NCBI GenBank assembly: GCA_963692915.1
Contig: OY843584.1
Coordinates: forward strand, 1,472,001 to 1,536,000
Length of the DNA stretch: 64,000 bases
From: Cenarchaeum sp.
GTDB lineage: Archaea; Thermoproteota; Nitrososphaeria; Nitrososphaerales; Nitrosopumilaceae
Reading direction: 5' to 3'
Position 1 is the first letter of the stretch, and each line of letters begins with the position of its first letter. The position numbers were made by a program, and so were the translations under genes. Positions 30,502 to 40,099 of this stretch are shown here, piece by piece. The notes beneath the pieces were generated by a model. That model did no database searches and was not told the origin of the DNA. It saw only the letters and a program-made list of their open reading frames with translations.

Positions 30502-31238
30502 TCATAAAGCTCTCGGGGAGCTCGTTTGCGCCTGAGGCCATCGGGCGCCTAAAGGACCATGCCGCCGTCCTCCTCGCCGCGTCTGCCTCGTGCCAGCCCA
30601 TAATCGTCGCCGGCGGCGGGGCGATCGCGCGGACCTACATATCGTATGCGCGGGCCGCAGGGGCCGACGAGTCGACGCTAGACGAGCTCGGAATCGACAT
30701 ATCGAGGCTCAACGCGCGCCTTCTCATACACCCCCTCGGGCGCCACGCGCACGCGCACCCGCCTGAGACGCTGCGCGAGGCCGAGCGGGCCGCTGACACG
30801 GGCAAGATCATAGTCGCCGGCGGGCTCTATCCTGGCCAGAGCACCAACGGGACGGCTGCGCTCATCGCCGAGCGCCTCAGGGCCGACGAGTTCATCAACG
30901 CGACTGACGTTGACGCAATATATGACAGCGACCCAAACAAGAACAGCGGCGCCAAGAAACTCTCGCGAATAGCGATCGCCGACCTGCGGTCCATGCTCGT
31001 CCATGAGGGCTCGATGGCCGGCGGCTATGACCTCATGGACATTATCGCGCTAAAGGTCATCGAGCGTTCGCGCATACGAACGCGCGTCATACGCTCCGAG
31101 CCAAAAACGATAGCAGCAGCCCTCAAGGGGCGTCGCACGGGAACCGAGATCATCCACGAATCGTTGGATAGCGGTCGTTCCAAATCTCGACATGCGAGCC
31201 GCCAAACTCGGGCATCCCGGACTCGACGAGCTTCCTGA
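30480..31238 (+). CDS. pyrH: Uridylate kinase (archaeal)
   Basis: IKLSGS, GGGAIAR, PGQST and DVDAIYDSDP motifs. Confidence 0.92.
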   Translation: MARRKRIVIKLSGSSFAPEAIGRLKDHAAVLLAASASCQPIIVAGGGAIARTYISYARAAGADESTLDELGIDISRLNARLLIHPLGRHAHAHPPETLREAERAADTGKIIVAGGLYPGQSTNGTAALIAERLRADEFINATDVDAIYDSDPNKNSGAKKLSRIAIADLRSMLVHEGSMAGGYDLMDIIALKVIERSRIRTRVIRSEPKTIAAALKGRRTGTEIIHESLDSGRSKSRHASRQTRASRTRRAS

Positions 31239-31440
31239 ATATCGACATTGCCTCTTCGCGCTCTAGCGCGCGCGACTGGGCCTTTGTGAACCCGTCGGCA
31301 TCAACTATTATCGCAACGTGGCCGTCTGGCGAGCGTATCGCCGAGGCTAGCTCCTCCTCGCCGACGGGGACAAACGTGCCGTTGACCTTTTTTGTCGTGA
31401 GTGTTAGCATCGCAAAGCCCGCAATGTCAAACATGCGCAT
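31150..31440 (-). CDS. Conserved hypothetical protein
   Basis: Plausible composition (MRMFDIAGFAMLTLTTKK...); start uncertain; overlaps the pyrH tail. Confidence 0.55.
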   Translation of the reverse strand: MRMFDIAGFAMLTLTTKKVNGTFVPVGEEELASAIRSPDGHVAIIVDADGFTKAQSRALEREEAMSIFRKLVESGMPEFGGSHVEIWNDRYPTIRG

Positions 31441-31552
31441 CTGTGATCTCGACGCGCGCCGCTTTCCCTCCCTTACTGCCTCAAAGTACTGCACTGTGAC
31501 ACGCCACGCGCGTGTGCGCAAATAATAAGCAATGCATACAAGTGCGCAGAAC

Positions 31553-31978
31553 TTACCTAATGACGCGCCTGGCCGTCGGCCTTGCGCGTGTGCTGGCCTT
31601 GCGCGTACGCCTTACGGAAGGACGACCCACGATTCCGCCACCCGGCGCCACTGTGCTCTGGCCGCGTCTTTTGACACAGTTGGTGCAGTATATGCGCACG
31701 CGTCCGCGCTTGTTGCGCTGAAACGCCGCGCCGCAGCGCGCACACTTGCGCCTTCGCTCCGAGATCGTCTCCTTGCCCCGCGTGCCCGAGTAGCGCTCGC
31801 GCGCAAGGCGCGCCCTGCGCTCCTTTACCTCCGGACGTGCGCCGTACTCGGCCATGAGCCTCTTGTGCTTTGCGGCGTTGCCCGGAATCGCATAGTACTT
31901 TCTCATGTACGCGTTGTACTTGTCCCTGTCGGCCTCCCTCACGCGCGTCGTTATGCGACCCATCGTCGAGGTGGCCAA
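31553..31978 (-). CDS. Highly basic protein with a C4 zinc ribbon
   Basis: Arg/Lys-rich helices plus CARC...YCTNC; TATA-like TTATATA just upstream. Confidence 0.55.
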   Translation of the reverse strand: MATSTMGRITTRVREADRDKYNAYMRKYYAIPGNAAKHKRLMAEYGARPEVKERRARLARERYSGTRGKETISERRRKCARCGAAFQRNKRGRVRIYCTNCVKRRGQSTVAPGGGIVGRPSVRRTRKASTRARPTARRVIR

Positions 31979-32055
31979 ATGCGTGGTATATAATCATACT
32001 ACGTGCGTCGCGCACACGAGCTCCGGCGGCAACCGTCGCCTCTGGCAGGGACGCA

Positions 32056-32769
32056 CTAGCGCATCTCGCGAGCCATCTGGCGGCACTCGGCGGCCTCCCC
32101 GGCACGGCCGAGGAGCTCGAGGACTGTCCCCTTTGAGTCGTATACGCCGGCATTCGTGGGATCAAGCTCGATCGAGCGCTCTAGTGCGGACAGTGATTCG
32201 GCATGCCTTCCGAGTGCACTGAGGGCTATTCCCCTGGCGTGGTGCGCAGCACCGAGCGAGGCGTTCTCGGCTATTGCCTGCTCGGCACACTCGAGGGCCT
32301 CAGAATGGCGACCCATCGCGCCGAGTATGCTAGCGCTTGCACAATGCGAGTGCCCGTCACACGGCTCGCATCCGGCAGCCCTCTTTAGCGCGCCGAGTGC
32401 CTCGTCGTATCTTCCGAGTGCGGCAAGTGCGACGCCGATGCCGTGGTGTGCCCTGCCCATGCCGGGCTCGCATCCGACCGCGCGCCCAAAGCTCTCGGCT
32501 GCCTCGGCGTGGCGCCCGAGGCCGCCGAGGGCGACGCCGATGTTATAGTGGATGCTCGGGTTTTGGGGATCGACTCCGTCGGCCTCCCTGCCGCACTCTA
32601 TGACGCCCTTGTGGTCTGCCCGCCTTATGAGCGCGACTAGGGCCTTTTGGTACTCGGATGCGGCCTCTGCGGTCTGCCCGCCATCGCGCAGGCTGCTCGC
32701 GCGGCGCCAGTGCTCCTCGGCCTCGGCATCCCCCGTGCGCCTGCGCAGTCCAAACACGGCCACGGCCAC
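32056..32769 (-). CDS. TPR-repeat protein
   Basis: About 6 repeats of G..L..LGR..EA. Confidence 0.85.
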   Translation of the reverse strand: MAVAVFGLRRRTGDAEAEEHWRRASSLRDGGQTAEAASEYQKALVALIRRADHKGVIECGREADGVDPQNPSIHYNIGVALGGLGRHAEAAESFGRAVGCEPGMGRAHHGIGVALAALGRYDEALGALKRAAGCEPCDGHSHCASASILGAMGRHSEALECAEQAIAENASLGAAHHARGIALSALGRHAESLSALERSIELDPTNAGVYDSKGTVLELLGRAGEAAECRQMAREMR

Positions 32770-32856
32770 CCCGCGCGGCCGATATATCCGTTTAATGGGC
32801 CGCGCGCCCCTGATGCGCCTATAGGCATAAAAGCGCGCGCGGCGCGCGCGGCGCGC

Positions 32857-33753
32857 ATGAAGATTGTGTTTCTTGGCACGTCAGCTGCCGTGCCGACTGC
32901 CGAGCGGGGCCTGGCATGCACATGCGTCGAGCGCGACGGCGAGCTCTTTGTGTTCGATGCCGGCGAGGGCGCGCAGATGGCCTTTGCTCGCGCGCGCCTG
33001 GGCTGGAACCGGCCCACGCGGATATTCGTGACGCACATGCACGGGGACCACTGCATAGGGATCCTCGGCCTGATCCAGACGATGTCGCTCCACCGCCGGA
33101 CCGAGACCCTCGAGGTGTACGGCCCGCGCGGGATCGACGAGTTTGTCGCCTCTAGCCTGCGCGCCCTTGACGTCCTGCCGACGTTTCCGCTGGCGATCAC
33201 GCCCGTCTCGGCCGGAGATGTCCTTGACACCGGAGAGTGTGCCGTCTCGGCGTGCGCTGCCCACCATAGGGTCGAGGCATACTCTTACCTCCTCGCCGAG
33301 CATGACAGGCAGGGCCGGTTCCACCCTGAAAAGGCCGAGGCCCTCGGCGTCCCAAAGGGGCCGCTCTGGCACGACCTCCAGTCCGGCCGCGACGTGGACG
33401 TGAACGGCAAAAAGGTCAGCGCGCGCGAGGTCACCGACGGCCCGCGCCGCGGCGTGAGCATCGGTATCTCCGGTGACACGAGGCCGACGCGCGAGCTGGA
33501 AGAGTTCTTTGCGGACTGTGACTGGCTAGTCTTCGAGTCGACGTTCTCACACGACCTGCACCAAAAGGCACTAGAGACGCTCCACACGACGGCCCGCGAG
33601 GCCGGCGAGCTCGCCGCGCGCACACGCGCCAAAAACCTCGTCCTAACGCACTTTTCTGCGCGTCATGCCGACGTCACGGGACTAGTCACCGAGGCCGCCG
33701 AGGCCCACGATTCGGTTCGCGCCGCAGCTGACGGCATGGAGATAGCAGTCTAG
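32857..33753 (+). CDS. rnz: Ribonuclease Z
   Basis: FLGTSAAVP, DAGEG, THMHGDH, SGDT and HFSAR motifs. Confidence 0.93.
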   Translation: MKIVFLGTSAAVPTAERGLACTCVERDGELFVFDAGEGAQMAFARARLGWNRPTRIFVTHMHGDHCIGILGLIQTMSLHRRTETLEVYGPRGIDEFVASSLRALDVLPTFPLAITPVSAGDVLDTGECAVSACAAHHRVEAYSYLLAEHDRQGRFHPEKAEALGVPKGPLWHDLQSGRDVDVNGKKVSAREVTDGPRRGVSIGISGDTRPTRELEEFFADCDWLVFESTFSHDLHQKALETLHTTAREAGELAARTRAKNLVLTHFSARHADVTGLVTEAAEAHDSVRAAADGMEIAV

Positions 33754-33980
33754 CCGGGAAGCGTGCGCATTATGGTGCTGCCGACCGAGGAGAGCGCACC
33801 GGTGAGCGCGCCGCTGATCGACTCGGTGACCCACGAGATCGCCCCATCGCGCACGCCGGCAACATCTTTTGACAGCGCGCCGATGACGCCATCGAGGCTG
33901 GGAAATGCGGCGACTGTCTGCGGGAGGAACATGACTGCGCCGACTATGGCGATGACTATGACGATGAGCGCCCTGATCAC
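33750..33980 (-). CDS. Small membrane/secreted hypothetical protein
   Basis: N-terminal hydrophobic helix followed by an amphipathic helix. Confidence 0.5.
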   Translation of the reverse strand: MIRALIVIVIAIVGAVMFLPQTVAAFPSLDGVIGALSKDVAGVRDGAISWVTESISGALTGALSSVGSTIMRTLPG

Positions 33981-34221
33981 GCCATCTAGTCACGGATCGC
34001 CTTTTTACGCGCTAGCTGAAACTTTTGGCATGCCTCACGTTAATTTTGTTGAGTTGCGTGCGCCTGTGATGCTTTTGGCGAGCTCGAAATGGGCCGCATT
34101 GGGGCCGGATTCAGAGTGTGCGCCCACGAGGACTGCCTTGCCGGACACAGGGGGGCGCAACGGTGACTATGGTGATGCCCTAGCGCAGCGCAGTCCTGAA
34201 AACGGTGGCCATGGTCTCCAC

Positions 34222-34623
34222 TCACTGCCTCCGCGGCACAAGCCAGTCGACTATGGCGTCGATCTCCGGGGAGGTGATCCGCAGCGTTATTGGCCCGAGG
34301 GGCGACTCTTCGGCGTCTGAGCACAGCGCTATAGAGCCGGCAGCAGCGGCCTGCTTGTTTAGGTATACCCACGTCGTCTCTCCGTCGGTGTTGAGGCGCA
34401 TCCTGCGCCGCCATGCCGAACCACTCCCCCTCGACCTGACCGTCTCGCGTATGCGCACCAGTGATGCAGCCGAGTCTGCAGCTGACTCGACCGTCCCGTC
34501 ACCAACGCTCGTCTTGCCGCCGTCAAGAACCGTCTCTAGGGCGCGCCTTATGGCGCCCTCGTCCTCGGACGCAAAGACGTCGCATGACGCGCTCGTCGAG
34601 CATGCCGCTGCCGGAAGCGTCAT
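34222..34623 (-). CDS. UPF0201/DUF54 RNA-binding domain protein
   Basis: SED...IR.AL, LNKQAA and ESPLGPI motifs. Confidence 0.85.
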   Translation of the reverse strand: MTLPAAACSTSASCDVFASEDEGAIRRALETVLDGGKTSVGDGTVESAADSAASLVRIRETVRSRGSGSAWRRRMRLNTDGETTWVYLNKQAAAAGSIALCSDAEESPLGPITLRITSPEIDAIVDWLVPRRQ

Positions 34624-35171
34624 TCTGCCATCCAGCGAGATATTGCCGCATGGGCGGCATCGACGAGCTCGTCGATGCCAATGTCATTGTTTGATATCGT
34701 CTCGTCTGCGAGCGCTATCGAGTCGCTCATGCCGACTTTCATCTCGCGGTCGTCGCGCTCGTCGAGGCCACCGCGGTCACTCGGGTCATCCGAGCGCGCG
34801 CGCGCCTTGAGGAGGCCGAGGCGCCGCGGGGCAGCCGCATGGACTGCGAGTATCCTGACGCGCCCATGCTTTCGAAGGCAGTCGATCTCGGCGTTGGAGC
34901 GCACGCCGTCGACGATGACCGCACCGTCACCAGAGCGCTCGATCTCGTCCTCGATGAGGCCGGCTATTGCGCCCTGCCCGTCGGACTCTCGCAGCTCGAG
35001 CATGAGCTTGCCGAGGTTCGGGCCGGTCGGCTCTATCTTGCGTCGTGCGGCCTCTGCCCTCACGGCATCTCCCATCGAGACAGTCACAATGCCGCGCCGC
35101 GCGAGTGCGCCGGCGATCGTTGACTTGCCCGCGCCGGGCATTCCGGTCAGGCAGACTATCAGGCGCGCCAT
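34620..35171 (-). CDS. UPF0200 P-loop kinase (dephospho-CoA/adenylate-kinase-like)
   Basis: GMPGAGKST, MGDAVR, DGVRS and RD.RE motifs. Confidence 0.85.
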   Translation of the reverse strand: MARLIVCLTGMPGAGKSTIAGALARRGIVTVSMGDAVRAEAARRKIEPTGPNLGKLMLELRESDGQGAIAGLIEDEIERSGDGAVIVDGVRSNAEIDCLRKHGRVRILAVHAAAPRRLGLLKARARSDDPSDRGGLDERDDREMKVGMSDSIALADETISNNDIGIDELVDAAHAAISRWMAE

Positions 35172-35275
35172 CTGAACTCCGCGCGAGCCGGCCGCTATAT
35201 TGAAGCTTGCCGGATCACGCCCCGTGACCACCCCGCTCACAACACATTAACCCCAATGCCGCCGCGCACGCGCCC

Positions 35276-35803
35276 ATGCGCGCCTTTGTCGGCATTGACA
35301 TCACAGACGGGCCGACCCTGGCCTCACTCATGCGCACGCGCGCCCTCCTCGGCGAGCCTGCGCGCCGCCGCCATGACCACATCACGCTTGCGTTCCTCGG
35401 CGAGATCGACGGGGCTACTGCGACTGCGGCAGCCGACGCGCTAGAGGCCGTCGAGTTTGATGCCTTTGATGCGCATATCGCCGGCCTTGGCGCATTCCCG
35501 TCACTAGAGCGCCCGCGCGTCCTCTGGGTCGGCGTGCGGGAGGGCTCTGATGCAGTCTCCTCGCTCGCGCGCAGCGTCGCCTCTGCCCTCGGCCCGCTCT
35601 GCCCGCCGACGCGCACGCGCCTTGTCCCGCACATCACCGTCTCTAGGGTTAAAAGCGGGCGCGCGCCGCCACGTGCCGTGATCAGCGAGTGCCGTGATGC
35701 AGTCATTGGCGTGCAGCGAGTCGCCTCGATATCGCTAAAGCGCAGCGATCCCGCAAGCGATGGCCATGTGCACACAACGCTCAAGACCGTGGAGGCCCTC
35801 TGA
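35276..35803 (+). CDS. thpR: RNA 2',3'-cyclic phosphodiesterase (2H family)
   Basis: Two HxT motifs (HITLAFLG, PHITVSR) and GAFP...PRVLW. Confidence 0.88.
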   Translation: MRAFVGIDITDGPTLASLMRTRALLGEPARRRHDHITLAFLGEIDGATATAAADALEAVEFDAFDAHIAGLGAFPSLERPRVLWVGVREGSDAVSSLARSVASALGPLCPPTRTRLVPHITVSRVKSGRAPPRAVISECRDAVIGVQRVASISLKRSDPASDGHVHTTLKTVEAL

Positions 35804-37185
35804 TGGGGCGCACGGGAACCAAGAGACCGCAAGCACGCGCCGCCACGATGGCGCGCGCAATAGCGACGGCGAGGAGGCGCATCATCCCGTCAGCATCTGA
35901 GGCGCGAGCAATAGAGTCAGTCGCAGGGGAGGCCATGGATCTCGTAGGTCACGAGATAGCGGGTCGGCAGGGAATACAGGGAGCCGAGCTCGGCGGCTCT
36001 TTTGCAAAGGGGACGTGGCTTGCCGGAGCTGACGTTGACATATTTGTCGTCTTTGACGAGTCAGTCAGCGAGGCTCGCCTCGAGTCTGAGTCAAAAAGGG
36101 TGGGATTTGCGTCGATGGCAGACCACAGGCCGTACGTGCGATATGCGTCGCACCCCTACGTCGAGGCGACGATCCGGCGCACAAAGGTCAACGTTGTGCC
36201 CTGCTATGGAGTGAAGAGTGGCCACTGGCGCAGTGCCGCTGACCGATCGCGCTTTCACACAAGGTTCATGCGCGACGCGCTTGATGGCACGATGCGCGAT
36301 GACGTGCGGATCCTAAAGCGCCTCCTCCAGTCAAACGGCCTCTATGGGGCCGAGCTTGCGCGCGAGGCCTTTAGCGGGTATGCGTGTGAGGTTCTAGTCA
36401 GCCACCACGGCTCACTCGAGCGCACCGTACGCGCGCTTGCCGGAGCAAAGCGCGGCCTCGTCATCGGCGAGGCCTCTGGCTCCCAGGAGACGCCTGTGGC
36501 CATAATGGACCCCGTCGACGCGAGCAGAAACCTCGCGCTCGCCGTCTCGCCGGCCAACATTGGAAGGCTCATCATGCTCTGCCGCGCCCTCCTTGAGCGC
36601 CCGAGCGCCTCGATGATACTGTCCGGCGCGCGCGCCGCACCGGACAGCGGCGTGCTAAAGACTACAGTTACTGTCAGGTTTGACTCGCGCCCGCGCCCGC
36701 CTGAGACCATATGGGGGCAGGCAAAGAGCGCAGCCTCTGCGCTGGCCGCACGCCTCTCCTCGGGCGGCTTTGGCGTCATGCGCCACGGCGCGCACGTAGA
36801 TTCGCGTGGGCGCGTCACGCTGGCGTTCGTCCTAGAGTCCACGTCGACATCGCGCTGGTCAGTCGGCATGGGCCCTGACCACTTTGATGCGGCCAACGCG
36901 TCAGGCTTTGTGACGGCCAACGTTGGCCGTTCGCCGCTAGTCTGGGTGGGCGCTGACTCGCGCCTGCGCGCGATCCGCCAGAGGGAGCACACGTCGGCCG
37001 CAGCCCTCCTTGAGGACTCGCTCACGCGCCGCCTTGGTGACTCTGGCGTGCCGGCGGGCCTAAAGCGCGACATCCGTGCCGGATTTGCCGTCCGGACCGG
37101 CGTGCGCGCCTCTGATCGCACATTCCTTGAAACCATGCATGATCTTGTCTCAACGGACACCAGGTCCTTTGGCCGCAGCCGCTAG
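35803..37185 (+). CDS. cca: CCA-adding enzyme (class I)
   Basis: GSFAKGTWL..DVDIF, YASHPYV, SAADRS.FH and DPVD..RN motifs. Confidence 0.92.
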   Translation: MGRTGTKRPQARAATMARAIATARRRIIPSASEARAIESVAGEAMDLVGHEIAGRQGIQGAELGGSFAKGTWLAGADVDIFVVFDESVSEARLESESKRVGFASMADHRPYVRYASHPYVEATIRRTKVNVVPCYGVKSGHWRSAADRSRFHTRFMRDALDGTMRDDVRILKRLLQSNGLYGAELAREAFSGYACEVLVSHHGSLERTVRALAGAKRGLVIGEASGSQETPVAIMDPVDASRNLALAVSPANIGRLIMLCRALLERPSASMILSGARAAPDSGVLKTTVTVRFDSRPRPPETIWGQAKSAASALAARLSSGGFGVMRHGAHVDSRGRVTLAFVLESTSTSRWSVGMGPDHFDAANASGFVTANVGRSPLVWVGADSRLRAIRQREHTSAAALLEDSLTRRLGDSGVPAGLKRDIRAGFAVRTGVRASDRTFLETMHDLVSTDTRSFGRSR

Positions 37186-37186
37186 A

Positions 37187-37918
37187 ATGTCCGGCCCGCC
37201 GTATGACGGCGTGCTCGGGTACCCGCGCGCGACGCGCAGGCAGCTCGCCGCCCGCCTCAGCGCGCTGGACCGCCTTGGCGTGAGCCGCGTGATCCTCGAG
37301 GGGCCAGTTCTCCTCGGACGCGCGCGCGTCCTCGGCAAGGGATACTCGGGCGTCGTGCTCGCCGCGCGCTGGCGCCGGCGCGACGTTGCGCTAAAGATGC
37401 GCCGAACCGACTCGCCGCGCCGCACGATGGGTCCGGAGGCCCGACTCCTTGCGGCGGCCAACGCCGCCGGCGTGGGCCCGCGCCTCCTGGCGCACTCGCG
37501 CGACGCGCTCGTCATGGAGCGCGTGGAGGGAATGCCCATAGGCTCCTGGCTCGAGTCGCTTCGGGGTCGGCGCGCCGCGCGAGTGCGCACAGTCATTCGC
37601 CGCACGCTAGAGTCGTGCCGCGCGCTGGACCGCGCGGGGATAGACCACGGCGAGCTCTCGATGATCTCGTGCCACGCCATAGTCAGCAAGGATGATGCCG
37701 TCACGATAATAGACTTTGAGAGCGCATCGGCCTCACGCCGCGTCTCAAACGTGACCTCGGCCGCACAGGCCCTCATGGTGGGCGCTGCGCTCTCGCGGCG
37801 CGTGAGGAAAATGTGCGCGCTTGCGGACCGCGACACCATAGTCGGCCTCTTGCGCGCATACAAGGCGTCAATGTCCGAAGAGTCATTTGGCGCGCTCCTG
37901 GGGGGACTGCGCACTTGA
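37187..37918 (+). CDS. RIO/Bud32-like Ser/Thr kinase
   Basis: LGKG..GVV, ALK, HGEL and IIDFESA motifs. Confidence 0.8.
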   Translation: MSGPPYDGVLGYPRATRRQLAARLSALDRLGVSRVILEGPVLLGRARVLGKGYSGVVLAARWRRRDVALKMRRTDSPRRTMGPEARLLAAANAAGVGPRLLAHSRDALVMERVEGMPIGSWLESLRGRRAARVRTVIRRTLESCRALDRAGIDHGELSMISCHAIVSKDDAVTIIDFESASASRRVSNVTSAAQALMVGAALSRRVRKMCALADRDTIVGLLRAYKASMSEESFGALLGGLRT

Positions 37919-38523
37919 GCGAGGAGGCCGTGCGCCACCTGAGGCGCGATGCGCGCCTGCGCCCAGTCATTGCGCGAGTGGGCCCCTATGGCCTGCGCCG
38001 GGTGCGCAACCGCTACGAGTGCCTCGTCGGCGCGATCGTAAACCAGCAGCTCGCAGGTTCAGCAGCACGGCCAATATTGGCGCGCTTTCGCGCACTGCAC
38101 GGCCCGAGGTTTCCAAAGCCAGAAGACATTGCAAAGACGCGCGAGTCGACGCTCCGCAAGGTGGGCCTCTCGAGGATGAAGGCCTCGTACATACGCGGCA
38201 TCTCGCGCGAGATATCCACTGGCCGCCTGCGACTCGACGCGCTCTCAAGGTTGGATGACGAGTCAGTCATCGAGAGGCTCTCAGAGATTCGCGGCATCGG
38301 GAGGTGGACTGCAGAGATGTACCTAATGTTTGCGCTCGGGCGCCCTGACGTCCTGCCAGTCGGCGACTATGGCCTCAGGGCCGGCGTGCGCGACCTGTTC
38401 AGGATGCGCGAGCTGCCAACACCGGCCGAGCTGCAGCGGCGCGCCGAGCCGTGGAGGCCGTACAGGTCGGCGGCAACATGGTACATCTGGAAGGGCGTGC
38501 GCGGCTTTGGCGAGCTCGGCTAG
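37915..38523 (+). CDS. alkA: DNA-3-methyladenine glycosylase II (HhH-GPD family)
   Basis: IVNQQL, GIGRWTAEM, DVLPVGD and WRPYRS motifs. Confidence 0.88.
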   Translation: MSEEAVRHLRRDARLRPVIARVGPYGLRRVRNRYECLVGAIVNQQLAGSAARPILARFRALHGPRFPKPEDIAKTRESTLRKVGLSRMKASYIRGISREISTGRLRLDALSRLDDESVIERLSEIRGIGRWTAEMYLMFALGRPDVLPVGDYGLRAGVRDLFRMRELPTPAELQRRAEPWRPYRSAATWYIWKGVRGFGELG

Positions 38524-38569
38524 ACTGGCCCATTATGACATTTATGGGAGATGAACCGGCCCCATCGGC

Positions 38570-39100
38570 GTGAACGCAAAGGTCCTAGTCGTCATCGCAG
38601 TCATCGGCCTCGTGGCCGCCATCGGCGCAATCGCGCTCCTCCCAGGACAGCCAGACTCGCCTAGTGCGCCCCCTGCGCCGCAGGGCATCACGCTGACACT
38701 AGAGTCGATATCGGTCAGCTCGGCGAGCGTGCGCGCCCTCCACGTCGAGCTAGAGTTTGAGGCGACAAACCCCGATCCGGCCACGGTTCTCCTCCAGTAT
38801 GTCAAGTATGTCGTCTCGGCTGACGGCCGGCGCATCCACACGGGCCTCATAGGCGAGCGTCCCGAGGGCTTTGTCGCCTCGTCGAACTTTGTCACGCTCA
38901 TCGAGGGCCGCTCAGTCACCCTCGCATCCGAGTTTGCCATCCCGAACACGGGTGCGGATCCCGAGTTCTGGGAGACCCTCTCGGCTGACAGCGTCGAGTG
39001 GACCGTCAGCGCCGAGGCCTCTTACAGCCACAGCTCGATGGTCGCCGGCGGCGAGAACCTCGAGACGTTCGAGTTTGTGCGTGGGCCTAATGTATCATAA
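38570..39100 (+). CDS. Membrane-anchored LEA_2/WHy-like protein
   Basis: N-terminal TM and F...NP motif; similar to 5443..5946. Confidence 0.6.
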   Translation: MNAKVLVVIAVIGLVAAIGAIALLPGQPDSPSAPPAPQGITLTLESISVSSASVRALHVELEFEATNPDPATVLLQYVKYVVSADGRRIHTGLIGERPEGFVASSNFVTLIEGRSVTLASEFAIPNTGADPEFWETLSADSVEWTVSAEASYSHSSMVAGGENLETFEFVRGPNVS

Positions 39101-39182
39101 AACCATTATTTTACAATAGTTTATCTAAATTAGAATAAATTTAGAAAAATAATATAAGCGCACGACAGCTCTGTTGAACACA

Positions 39183-39293
39183 ATGGCAGAAGCAGGCATG
39201 GCCGCATTTGGTTCGGCAGTCGGTGTTGCGATTGCGTTCGCCGTAGTGGCGTTCGCACTTCGCGGCAAGGGTCACCACGAGCCCCTAGAGTAA
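39183..39293 (+). CDS. 36-aa single-TM microprotein (below the ORF-track cutoff)
   Basis: MAEAGMAAFGSAVGVAIAFAVVAFALRGKGHHEPLE*; BRE/TATA (GAAAAATAATATAAG) ~25-35 bp upstream. Confidence 0.65.
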   Translation: MAEAGMAAFGSAVGVAIAFAVVAFALRGKGHHEPLE

Positions 39294-39411
39294 GACGGTT
39301 CGGCGCCACTAGTGGTGCTTAATCGACCAGGGCTTTTCTTTGATGCTCCTAGCGCGTCCTGCGCGCAGGGTGCGAAAAAACAAGACAGCAAAAGGCCAGA
39401 ACCTGCTGCCC

Positions 39412-40065
39412 CTAGGCGTCAGGATTGTGGCCCAGGATATCGGATATGAGCCTTATCGGCCTGCCGATGCGTTGCTTTGCAAAGCAGCGCTCATAGTACT
39501 GGCACGAGGCGCACTCGGGGGACGGCTCTATTATGGGAAGGCGCTTGCCCTCGGCAAGTAGGTCGCCTAGGACGCGCACGCGCCGGATAGTCTCCTCGAA
39601 CATTCGCTTGTCGCGCGTGAGCGAGAATGACGTCTCTGTGCGGTCAGCCGAGATGTAGACGATAACGCCGTCGGCCTTGTCATGCATCCACATGTACGAG
39701 TTGAGCGCGAGGAGATCGCCGGCGATCGGAATCTTTGGCGGGGGGTCTGCAGGCCTGAATATGATGACTGTGTCCTCGACTACCATGTCGGCCCTGCCGA
39801 CTAGGGAGACCCCGCCGACGTCATAGGTCACCTCGTCAGGCGCATAGCCGAGGCGGCGAAGCATTCCGGCGACGAGGTCGCTAAAGGCGCGTGGCGGCGA
39901 GTCGAGTGGTGAGTCCCTGTCATAGTATGACCTGCGCAGGCAGCGCGTGACCTCGTGGACGTGGATCTTTGTTATGTCAGTCGCGTCGATCGCAGGATCG
40001 ATCTCGCGCGATATCGACTCGAGTGCAGTTGTGATGAACTGGCGATAGTCCTTGTCCCCCATCAT
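39412..40065 (-). CDS. Solo Cas4-like protein (Fe-S cluster, RecB-like fold)
   Basis: N-terminal C.RR.YY and C-terminal ECASCQYYERC four-cysteine pattern; GRAD motif II. Confidence 0.75.
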   Translation of the reverse strand: MMGDKDYRQFITTALESISREIDPAIDATDITKIHVHEVTRCLRRSYYDRDSPLDSPPRAFSDLVAGMLRRLGYAPDEVTYDVGGVSLVGRADMVVEDTVIIFRPADPPPKIPIAGDLLALNSYMWMHDKADGVIVYISADRTETSFSLTRDKRMFEETIRRVRVLGDLLAEGKRLPIIEPSPECASCQYYERCFAKQRIGRPIRLISDILGHNPDA

Positions 40066-40099
40066 GGCGCTGCCGCGCGCGGGACACTCCTAGATTAAC

